Of a stretch of DNA of 64,000 nucleotides, positions 38,801 through 49,786 are shown piece by piece. The translations under genes and the position numbers were made by a program. Origin of the DNA: Oopsacas minuta (taxonomy: Eukaryota; Animalia; Porifera); assembly GCA_024704765.1 (NCBI GenBank), contig JAKMXF010000320.1, forward strand, positions 1 to 64,000, in the 5' to 3' direction. Under the pieces are notes generated by a model that made no database searches, was not told the DNA's origin, and saw only the letters and a list, made by a program, of their open reading frames with translations. Each line of letters opens with the position of its first letter. Positions within the stretch are counted from its first letter, which is position 1.

Positions 38801-41334
38801 CAACGGACAAACAAACAAACAAACAACAATTGAGATTTAATAATATTGATTATCTCATAAGAACAATTAATTATAGTATGTATCTTCAGCTGTTGTTACT
38901 CTTGCTGCTTCATCTGTTACCTTTATTCTATATTCTATAGACTAAAGATGTTAAAGCTACAACTGTAGCGTTTGATAAGACTGATTCTGATTGGTATCCG
39001 AAAGATATCCCAGTATATCCATACAGACAGAACGAACTCATTGAACAGTGCTACTTAGGAACTGATAAGCTTACTGAGGTTATTGAGCGTCCTAGGGAGG
39101 TTAGCTCTCCTCCCAAGTTCTTAGGGAGATCCGTCTCTCACACCCAGAAAGATATCCCCACTACTCGTAGGAAGCGCAGTAGTCACCACAAAAATTTCAG
39201 TCATGGTGTCAGCCCATCTGACCTTGTTATCAGTCCCAGAGAAATGAGTGATATTAACACAGCACTCGCTGGAGAGGGTTTGAGAGTTTCATCTGCTCGC
39301 GAAATTCGACAGCTGCAAGAAGAGGATAGGTTCTCTGCTAGCGAGACAATGTCCTCCTCTGATTACTACTCGGAAACCTCTTCTCTCTTCGAGCCTAACA
39401 GGATATCTGCTCCTCATCTTAAGATAGGACGTTATATACGAATTAAAGTAAAGATTCTCAGAGTTAAGAATCTGGACAAGAACTGTGCTAATGTTCTCCT
39501 TCAGTACAGATTCTTGTACGAGAATCAGGAGCCTTACTCTTCTAATATTTACTCAAATGATGGTCATTGTTGTGAGATAAACCATCTACACGTCTACAGA
39601 ATTAAGGTATGTAATAATTACCCGTGTAATTACTCTGTATAAGTATTAATGTATTGTACGTATCTCAGGTAACGCTACCATTCTTGGATTACATCTACAA
39701 GAGAGGGTTTATGATTGAAGTGTTCGGACATTTCGAACAACACCCACTACACTTTGAGAGTCAATTCTCTGATCAGTATGAACATATTAATGAACGGAGG
39801 GCGAGTGATACGATCCCACCCGTTAAGTCTCCTGCCCCCTCCAGATCTGCTCTCACTATTCCTTACCAGAATCTTAGCACAGCTCAGCCTGTAGCTAGAT
39901 ATGACGTCATTATGAATCTACAAATCTGTGAACTCAATCCTCAGGGAGACTATATTCCAGTCCCTGTTACACATGTGAAGGAGACAAATGCAAGTTTCTT
40001 CCTGCTACAACAAGGCTTGCAGAGAAGACTTGTATTATCATTTGTGTATGACAGTAATATTGAGCTTAAAATGAAAAAGGTGAGTAACTTCTATTATAAT
40101 TATTAACAATAGACAAATACAATACAAGTTTTTATGTGTTGTATTCTAGGTTAAAGAAGTAGTTGTAGGGAGGATACGTAATCAACTGAAACCTACTTCT
40201 GAGGATGAGGACTCCTCGTTAACCATAAACGTTTCGTCAGCTGATTTTATTGATCTTAATAATGACAGTCGTACTGTGTCCCGCATTCAAGCTGCCTGGG
40301 ACACTTCTCTCCACCACACTAAGCTACTCAACATGAGCACACCCGCTAACATTCTTGTTCATGCTACTATGTCTGTGTACATAGAGATGGAGAAGTGCTC
40401 GCAGCCTGCCTGCTTCACGATTAACTTCAGTCTGCAGATAACTAACAGACAGCAGCAGAAGGGAGGGTTCCGCTTCTGGGATGTCCTGTTCCCTTCTCAA
40501 CATCGTCCTGAGAACAACTGCGTGGTTGGACTGTATGAAGTAGCACTTCAGAGAATAACAGAGAGTAATTCACGGAAGAGGAATACTCTCTTCGATAACC
40601 AATCAGTATACGTACGAGGAGAGGAGAACCTCAAGGGCTGGCAGCCTAGAGGCATCTCTCTTATATACGAGCATCAGAATCAGGTGAGGAGACTGCGAGA
40701 GATTGAACAGGTGGAAAGAGTGAAGCACATGCTGTCTATTCGTGAGAAACGTAACCAGATGTTCGGAGATAATATAGTAGTCAGTCAATCTGTTGATACG
40801 CTACTCAACAAGTGTCTCTACCTTTGGAAGTTTCAGATTAGTCCCTTTCTGGAAGAGCATTTAACAGTAGAAGATATTCTCAAACACTCAGCTTCAATCG
40901 AGGGCGTGTACAACACAAGATGTGAAACGCCTCAGAGAAAGTGTGTCCCTCTAGTACACGATATATCACATAAGAAAACTAGTCAATCTACCAAACGAGG
41001 ATACATACAACTCTCAGAGTATGAAGGGCTCTGGAGGAAGTTCTATGCTGTACTCAAACGTCCCTACATATATCTATACTATAACGATAAAGATCCCATA
41101 GAACGAGACTTCATTAACCTTGCTACTGCAAAGCTTCAGTTCAATCAAGACCAGCTGGACGCACAGACTGGTGCCTCAGTTTTCTCTCTATGCACTAAGT
41201 ACCGCGGATTCCTGTGCAAAACACAAGATTTTGAAGGATGGATAAATGTTCTCGACCCTCTTACCTCTGGAGCGCTGGTCTCAAAAAAAAGTATTACTAG
41301 AAACAACATCAGTGGTAGTAGCAGTCCACCTTAA
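32851..41334 (+). CDS. KIF1: Kinesin-3 KIF1A/B (unc-104)-like, ~1750 aa. Exons 32851-33263, 33572-33862, 33927-34355, ~34512-34799, 34878-35291, 35365-35811, 37445-37927, 37982-38209, 38941-39606, 39669-40079, 40150-41334. There is a 1-nt frameshift at ~33086
   Basis: Motor motifs [25 protein letters not shown] and VDLAGSER, then an FHA domain, [22 protein letters not shown] and a C-terminal PH domain. All introns are GT-AG. The exon 4 acceptor is uncertain. Confidence 0.9.
34595..34680 (+). repeat. (GATTCT)n coding repeat giving an Asp-Ser tract in the kinesin
   Basis: Directly visible. It translates as [26 protein letters not shown]. Confidence 0.9.
36391..36991. repeat. Uninterrupted copy of the ~600-bp repeat unit, in kinesin intron 6
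   Basis: Colinear with 30322-32782, with empty sites at 36673/36674 and 36925/36926. Confidence 0.85.
38427..38849 (-). mobile_element. Non-autonomous Helitron-like element, copy 1
   Basis: On the minus strand it has an A|TC 5' end, a (GTTT)n tract and a 3' hairpin ACGAGCCaaGGCTCGT, with no TIR or TSD. A homologous copy lies at 48395-48823. Confidence 0.6.
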
Positions 41335-41759
41335 AATGCAATTCATCTCAGCAGGATAGGAAATAGGTTATTCCATTACATTCAAACTACACTCTAATAC
41401 CTTGACTTTTTTAAATTTGTACAATTTTAATTGGTGTTAGTTAATTATAATTAGTACACAAAATGGTGTTGTAAATATGAGGAACTTATGTTTTCATGTC
41501 ATGTGTATCTTGGTTTAATTAATGGCATGGACTATGTACGATGTCTGTCCGCCCGTGCACGAGGGTGTCACAGTCACCCAAAATCATACTAGAAATACTG
41601 TTGGCCCATTCAGAATATTATTTACTAAAGAAAATTTGGTATATTCTTTTAATTTCTGATTTGATGTAGCTACTAGGTTTGACAGTATTAATTTCTTACA
41701 GCTGGAACAAGATATAGGATATGGCTACTGCTAATTCTTCGATAGAGAAAATACAAACA

Positions 41760-41929
41760 ATATTTTGCACTCGATGGAAAGTATCTTTCCAAAGTTGGTA
41801 AATATGGAAAGACAGGATTTGGTACTTAATTATCCTTGGGGTCTTGCAACCGATGGATCAAATGGAGATCTTTGCATTTGTGATTCTAATAATAACCGCA
41901 TTCAGATACTTTCTGAAAACCTTTTTTGA
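41760..41929 (+). pseudogene. NHL-repeat gene fragment, frameshifted
   Basis: FALDGKYLSKVGKYG and LNYPWGLATDGSNGDLCICDSNNNRIQIL lie in different frames. Confidence 0.7.
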
Positions 41930-42450
41930 AGGTTGTCGAGTTGTTTTGACAAAATGGTCCCCCCCTACAAAACTGGTCCGGGGGACCATTTTTGTCAAAA
42001 CAGAGTTATTGGTAAATATTGACAAAATATGTCACCCATAGTCAGTACTATAACTATGAAACGCGCAAAATTTATCATTTTTGGTTATTTTGTTTGAAAA
42101 CATCCTGAAATCTCATGGTAAAAAATTGGAATCGTAGATTCATCAATACACACTTTACAGAGCTTAGAAATGCAGCCTTTTTTGAAATAATATTGTATAG
42201 TAAGCAATCTGGAGACATGATTTGGTCCTGAAATAATTTGCAGATATTGATTATGTGTGTAGTTAAATATCACTGATACTTTTAGTTGGGTAAAAGTGTA
42301 TCATTTTGATAATATAGCATAGGAATAATAGGATGCCCCTACGTATATTCATTGCTTATATATCTGTTCCTGGTCCAAATTTCAATGGACTATCCCTGCC
42401 TTAGTGGATTGAATGCTGTGATTATATCTTAGTTATATTTCTTAATTCTG

Positions 42451-45400
42451 ATGGAACTTTTAGAAGATCCAACAGAAATTGTGATTATTCAATCATTTTT
42501 TAAGGAATCAGGGATAACCTTATTAGATCGATCATTCCCCCTCCTAGAGAGATTGAAGCAGTTATCTGCTATAACGAGTGCAACTTGCATGAACTGTTAT
42601 GCTTCTACGATAATACGTAAGGTTCAGCAGAGACTATTAATTTGTGTATACCCTCCTTTACACAAACCTCTCTTCTCTCTCAAGAACTGGCCATGGAGTA
42701 GCGAACTTGTATCAGCTGTAGAGAAAGCTAAACTTGGAAAAATATCGAGCTCACTAAATGAGGTAGGTTTTTAATTGTATAACTTTAACTATTGCCGCTT
42801 CGCTTGCTAGGTCGCTGCGCCACGCGTGCGCACGTATCCTTAAACTTTGTGCCTTGTTTAAGTGCTTTTTCGTTGCTACGCGACGGGATATGCTCAGCAC
42901 TCAAAATTTCCCAAATTGTAATGATGTAACGATTCCATTATGAGTTTGCATTTGGTCAAATCAAGACGTTAGAACGTGAGGCATATTGAGGGATACCTGT
43001 GATTCAGTTTTTAACCATATAAGTAATAATCTACGCTGTGCGGACACAAAGTGTCCGCAATCGGCGCCCTTTGGGCGCCTAGGTTAGTCTTAATCAACCG
43101 ATAATTTATGCTATGTATTATTAAGTTTCCTATGTCTGTTTTGAAAGTCATTCTCTAAGTCGAATATTCACGATATGCTATTCTCAACAATCCAACCCAA
43201 GTTGATTGGATAATAGCAAATGAATTTCATTGTCCATACTAATTGCTTGCTACACTAATAATCTGTATGCAGACTACCCTCGAATTTCATATATTTAAAA
43301 GTAGAGTGGACATGTCCACTGTACTTTTAATATATGGATTAATCATGTGATAAATATGAATAAATGCAATTACGGATAATCCCTATAGCATTAGTTCCCA
43401 ACCTTCTTACTCGTGGACCCCAGCTGTCGTCGGTGGACCTCCAATGGGTACATGAACCCAAGGGTGGGAACCGCTGCCATATTGGAACTGCAATAATTAA
43501 ATATTAATAGCAAAAAGGTAGTAAATAAATCGAATAAACAACAAACAAACAAACAGGAATCATGCAAATATCTCAAAATCCGACAAATCTCAAAATTCTC
43601 TAAAAACTAAAATATTCGCACAAAATCTAAAAATAGAATTCTGTATATAACACCTTATAAGAAAGTGGTTCGTAATCGTCTTACTTCCGTTTGTAACACC
43701 TTCCAACCACATATGCCACCAGGACAAGTAAACCTATCCCTCGAGGGCACATACGACGATTTTGGAATATAGGCGGGCAAATTGTCCTCTGTGACAATCT
43801 GTTTTACGCCAAAATCATATTTGTTTCTGATGAAGTGAAGCTTGAAGTGTGTAGTCATTGAGGAGTAAAGTGGCAAAAGTGTCTTTAATTGTGTCGTTGG
43901 TGGCTGTACCCATTTTTAAACTTACGAGTTTATTACAGGTATAGCCTCTACCAATTGTGGCATGAATAGTGGCATTATTCGAGGTGCCAAGATGGTATTT
44001 ATTAATGGAATTTGTAAAATCAACTAAAGACAAATACCAAACATTTTTCCTGAATTGATCTTTGTATTTCTAATAAGTTCCAAATTGGAACTGAAATTCA
44101 AAATGAGAGAATAATCACGATTGGTATCACTCCATGAAAAAGATATTTGCGACACATTATGGACACCTTCCTGGCTTGAGCATGCGCCACCTACATTAAG
44201 ATTAGTGGCACGAATTGGGAAAGTTGTTACGTTATAAACCTTTTTAGTTGAAGCGTCAAAAAAGTGGTCTTAACATTGAAATCATTGAGACACAAGTTGA
44301 CGCATGTTCTTTCATGAATTGGACACTTTCTATTATGATGACGTCATAAAATGGTGAGATATGAAATCAAGTGGAACTAAAACAAGTTTCTTTCTAAAAA
44401 TTTAATGACATTTCCTAGTTTGTTTAGTAAGTACACTGAATAGCTCAGTAAACATATAAACACACTAATCACTATAATTGGGAAATAAGCAACAAATAAT
44501 AATAATAAATAAACAAACAATGGGATAGAGATGTTAGAGCCACTGTAGACAGTTGTCGTCCTTCATGTCATCAACTGTAACATAGCCAGATCGTTCTATA
44601 AGTATGCAAGAAGGACGGAATATTTGATACAGTCCATGTCCTGTCTCACAAACGGTTTCTATGAAGTTCCCAGACAGGTCAAACACTTTGATGGAATTAT
44701 CCCAGAAATCGCATATGTATATTCTCAATTCCTCTGTGATAGGATTATAGAACAGGTTGAAGTTGTGCTCCTACTATCTGATCCCCCGTGATTATGGACC
44801 CTATGAGTTCTCCTTCTAGAGAGAACATTTGTAGAGGAGAGGGAGATCCTGTGAAGAGACATACAACACAATTATCAACAGCTTTCATGTCCTGTAGCCT
44901 GGATACCTGTTGGGTATCTTGGTATGTAGGATAAGATTGAGTGAGTATTCTTGTTCTATACGGAGAGGATCTACCTGCATACGGATGAGACGGTACTGGG
45001 CTTAAGAGTCCCCACATACAAATGCTTACGGTTAGAGGAGGTACAACAAGCCTGTGGCATTGAAATGATGCGTTCACCTTTGATGCTATATATCTCCATA
45101 CTATCTTTCCATGATAAGCTGAATTGTACAAATAAACTTGTATAGCACGCGAATAAGGACTGTTTGAAGTATGTCAATGAGTCTATTCTGTTGTCGTAAT
45201 AGTGACGGATCGTTCTTTGGATTATATCATATATTTCCTTCAAATACTTATACTCCTTATTCTTCCTGACGAGATATTCTAGTGACCTAGCGTCTCTGTA
45301 TAGGAAAGATAGTTCATTGAATGTGAAACTAACATCCGCCTCAACAGCTGCATAACAATCCTTAATCCATATATTAAAAAGTACAGTGGATATGTCCATT

Positions 45401-48400
45401 AGGTAAACTGTGTGTACGTGTTCAAGACTAGTGTTATTGGGCAGGAGATCCCCTCCCTCCCGAGGTATTAAAAAGTCGAGTGCGCATGCTCATAACCCTA
45501 AGTCTAGGGTGCATGCTTAGTATCTAAAGTAGCGATAGAAGGAGTGTTCATGATGTTGAATTGGAAATTTGGAGATAATTTGGCATTATTTCTTCGATTC
45601 GTTACGATCGAGCCATGGACTGTGAGCATGCACACTCAACTTTTCAATACCTCGGGAGGGAGGGATCTCCTATGTCAAATGACCCTAGTCTTAAACACGT
45701 ACATACAGTTTACCTAATGGACATGTCTACTGTACCTAATGGACACGTCCACTGTACTTTTTAATACCTCTCGAATTTCTAGTCTTTCGTATTATAATTC
45801 TATGACCTAATTGAAATTTATTTACTTTATGTACACAAACAAAACAAATATTTATCATACCATTCTAACATATCATATTCGGACTCAGCATACTCGAATA
45901 CTTCTTTATAGCCTTAGAAGTATGATCCTAAGCCTTTTGAAGTTTTTATTATTTCCCCTATGTATGTACATAAAAACCAAACAAATATGAACTATGTGAG
46001 AAGGTGTGAATATTTTCATTAGACATTTAAAATGTTTCTAGAAACTTCATTCCCCACCCCTTGTACCAATTTTCAAGTCTGTATCTCTTCAATTCGGGCA
46101 AACAAATAAAATTTAATATATTAGATAGCATTGACTGAGCCGTGGCTAATACCAGAGGTGCCCGCAGGCATAAGCACTATACGCACGTGCACGTGCTTAT
46201 AGTATATTTCTCTGATCTTTCCAATGCTGACTATACTATTGTACTATACTGCAGCATTTCTCTTTGTTATAGGTGTCACGAGGTTTATTCATGATAGAAA
46301 TCCTGCCTATAGAATTTTGCAATCAGCTGTTAGAAGAAGTAGCCAACTATGAATCTTGGTGTCATGGAAACCAACTTTCCATACACAGGCCAAATACAAT
46401 GAATAGCTATGGGGCTATTCTAGATGAATTCGGATTTGAACCTGTTCTACAGGAACTCACAGACTTTATTGGCCCCATCTTCAAATTGTTGTATGGAGAA
46501 GACACTGGGAATGTAGGCTCACATCATGGATTCGTTGTAGAGTATGAATTGGGAAAAGATTTGAATCTAGGATTTCATGTTGATGATTCACAGGTGAGTA
46601 TAGTTTATTCCGTATTTATGTTTTGGGCCACTGTTAATGAGAACATGCATGCGGGTGGGCGGTTCATTATCATATTTTATTTTTACAGTTGAAAATATGA
46701 ATATGCTAAACATATATAGTAGTAGCATCTTTGAGTTCGTCCTAGTTCTTACACCATTCGCGGATACGTTTGCCATCAACGACAAACTTGTATCCTATTA
46801 TTCCTGAAATTGTCACACCTTTTAGCTAACATTGAATTATTTGCTTTAAAAGGCATGAAAACTCCTTTAGAAATTTCAAGATCTGGTGTGAGGAAGTACG
46901 TAAGTCTAATGGGTCTCGCACACCGTTCATGTAGGGATTTACGTTAACTTGGAGTCGATGGCCAATCCAACTCAAATTCCACAGTTGCACAGGTCATTAG
47001 TCGCTGTGAAGCATTGAGGTGTATCGCCCGTTACATTGGTCATCATGGAGGCGCCGACACCCGAGAGGTTTACGCCTATGCGTCCATGCCAATAGGTCAT
47101 GTTCCTAATGCGCATCTAGGGGTGACCACTCCAGAGTCCAATCTTCCAATGAGGAAACCTAACTAACTAAACGTAATAGTATATATTCTCTCTGTATAAT
47201 TACAACTTAAATAAACACGATTGTTTTATATCTTTAAATGTGATGTAATATTTTTATGGCAACTAAATTCAATTATTTTGGCAAATAATTGGAGAATTTT
47301 GGCCACTAAGCTAGAAATTCAATTAATTGATTTGACAAATGAATTTCATTATTTGTGGATAACAAGAAATTCAATTAGTCTAGCAAATGAATTCGATTTT
47401 TCTTTCAAATCGATTATCTTTTACTTTATTATGGCAAACCAAAGTCATTATTTGCATCGGGTATAAAATTTTAATCTATAATGTAAGTACGAGCACTAAT
47501 AATAAAGTGGAAACGGGCTATTAGCAAATCGAAGTGCAAGAATTTTCCTTCCAAATACTCGAATTTTGCTATTATGCCTCTAAATTACCATGCAAAACTG
47601 GCCTCTATGACCTGAAATAGTTGATAATAGGCTGATTTTGCTATTAGAAGAATTGCTAAAAGGCGGTTTCCACTACATACAAAGTCAGTGTCGTAGTTTG
47701 CGAATGATTTCGACAGGTGGCGCGAAATTGGGGCATATATTGTTGCATTGACTAGCACAACGTAATACAGGCGGTGCATTACCTGGAGCAACTTCAGGAA
47801 ACTGGTGCCGTAAATGGGCCACTTACGCCACTGTGCGTAATTAATATGTATGTTTTTCTGTAATTCAGTAGCACTGTTCCAATTGCAAATATTTCGTTCT
47901 GATTAATGAAATGCATTAAACCAATGCTATAGGATCTAGGGGGATATTTTGTTGTACCAACGATGAAAAGGCTCCCAACATGTGAAATATTATATTTTTC
48001 CACAGTAAAATTGGACACAATTATGTAATTTTTGAACATTATGAACATTTTCCCAAAGTTGTATGCGAGTGTGAAGTTAGCAGCTAGTATCAGCATTGAA
48101 ATACGACCATAATTTAATAAATCTGTCAATTTGCGGCCATTTCACCTGATATTTGTTGAGTACCTTAATGTAGTGTGGGGCTTTCCCTATATTCAATAAT
48201 TAATCCCCATCACACCTTCTCATACCACAATGATAATACAAATTTCGTAATACAACATCTCCATAGGGATTTTTTCAATTGATATTGCTCCGGCTAATAT
48301 TTTCTTCGGATAAGAACTACAAATATCGAGATTCTGCTGTATGGTTATTTTCAAGATTGCGTCATAGTCATCATAGGTATCATATCATAATGTACGAGCC

Positions 48401-49560
48401 TTTGGCTCGTCGCTTCGCGATGAACTCGTCGCATTGCGCCTCGAGGTATTCAACGGACAAACAAACAAACAACAATTGAGATTTAACAATATTGATGTTG
48501 TTTACAATATTCAGACTCAGCATACTCGAGTATACCAGTATAGTCGTTGAAAGTATGATTCTACAACAATTTTGAAATTTGTTTACTTTATATTCATCAA
48601 AACAACATTAAATTTACATATGATCATAGCATATGATTAATCCAAAAGTGTGAAAATCGGATTCCGCATTTTCGATATATTTAGTGAAGTTTTATTGAAT
48701 TCTTTTTACTTCCTTGATAAACACAATAAATACATAGTTATGCTACAATTTCAAAATTACATACCATAAATCCTTTCCTTTGCAACGAACAAACAAACAA
48801 TCATTGAGATTTAATAATATAGATTATCAGGCTATGGTAAGATAGGTATATACTACGAATGTGTATGTCAGATGATTCGGCCATTACGTTGAAGGACAGA
48901 AGGTTGTCAAGTTATTTATGAATATTGGAAAAAATATGTCATCCATAGTTCTACCCTAACTCTAAAAAGCTCAAACTTTATCAATATTTTGATATTTTGT
49001 ATGAAAACCTCCTGAATTCCAAGAGTAAATTTTTATAATCGTATATCAAGCAATAATAAAACTCTAAATAAACCTGGGCATTTCTGGTAATACAATTGTG
49101 CTAATTATATGAGCTGTCAAATATATTGATACAAATTAAAATGAATTTCCATTACTTTTAATCGCGTTAATTGCTACTACTTATCGAGCGATGATCTTCC
49201 ATGCGAGCAAATACAACAATCTCATTTTCTTCCTTACAAATATTGGTCACACTTTAGGTAACACTCAACCTCTGCTTGGGGTCTATTTTCACAGGAGGGG
49301 ACCTATGGTTCTCTGGTGTCCGCTGTCCTCCTCACCTCAATACTCCTAACACTTCTAAGGAGTACTTCACATATTCACACATACCTGGAACAGGTCTAAT
49401 CCATATGGGAAAGCATAGACACGGAGCTAAAGACTTAACTTCAGGGAAACGCTCTAACTTGATTGTTTGGTTTAGAAGTAAGAAAGAGAGAGATCAGGAA
49501 TTAAAGGATTGTCAAGATAAAATATGTCCCAATTGGTGTTGGTATGGAAAGAGTAATTAA
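42451..49560 (+). CDS. 2OG-Fe(II) dioxygenase of the OGFOD2 / plant ICU11-CUPULIFORMIS type, ~311 aa. Exons 42451-42762, 46273-46593, 49258-49560
   Basis: Phase-0 GT-AG joins SLNE|VSRG and DDSQ|VTLN. Motifs YPPLH, RPNTMNSYG, the HVD...H iron triad (GFHVDDS, HRHGA) and R in GKRSNL. Confidence 0.85.
43299..43326. mobile_element. Collapsed palindromic remnant of the 45378-45760 MITE
   Basis: TTAA-AAGTAGAGTGGACATGTCCACTGTACTT-TTAA consists of the two TIR tips fused. Confidence 0.6.
44534..45373 (-). pseudogene. NHL-repeat (TRIM/brat-like beta-propeller) gene nested antisense in dioxygenase intron 1, frameshifted and 5'-truncated by a MITE
   Basis: LQMFSLEGELIGSII, IYICDFWDNSIKVFDLSGNFI and QIFRPSCILI are spread over three frames. 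The ORF-track Met at 45399 lies inside the MITE TIR. Confidence 0.7.
45378..45760. mobile_element. 383-bp MITE with a TTAA TSD (Kolobok-like)
   Basis: TTAA|AAAGTACAGTGGA ... TCCACTGTACTTT|TTAA, with long internal inverted arms. Confidence 0.8.
48395..48823 (-). mobile_element. Non-autonomous Helitron-like element, copy 2, in dioxygenase intron 2
   Basis: Colinear with 38427-38849 and has the same termini. Confidence 0.6.
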
Positions 49561-49786
49561 TGCATGAATTATTCAAATCTGAAATTACTACAGATTTATT
49601 CTGGTATATACTTTTGTATACATATATATATATGAATAAAATATTGATTAAATTCTGTTTATTTCTTCGTAGTGGGTCAAATAAACATACAATTAGATCG
49701 TTGTTTATTCATTTGTTATAATTCTTTAGTAATTTTAAATAACTACAATTTGGACCCTCTCCCTCTATCGGTTAAGTTCTAGCTGG

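Noticed and set aside
43391-44033. Three short minus-strand ORFs, one containing CPGGICGWK
   Set aside because: They may be a decayed transposon gene, but no family was recognised and the frames are broken.
46880-47175. Moderately GC-rich segment with a ~70-codon open stretch
   Set aside because: It has an in-frame stop, no recognisable domain and no clear splice sites.
47221-48479. Several 65-111 aa ORFs in dioxygenase intron 2
   Set aside because: They have AT-rich non-coding composition and overlap repeat sequence.
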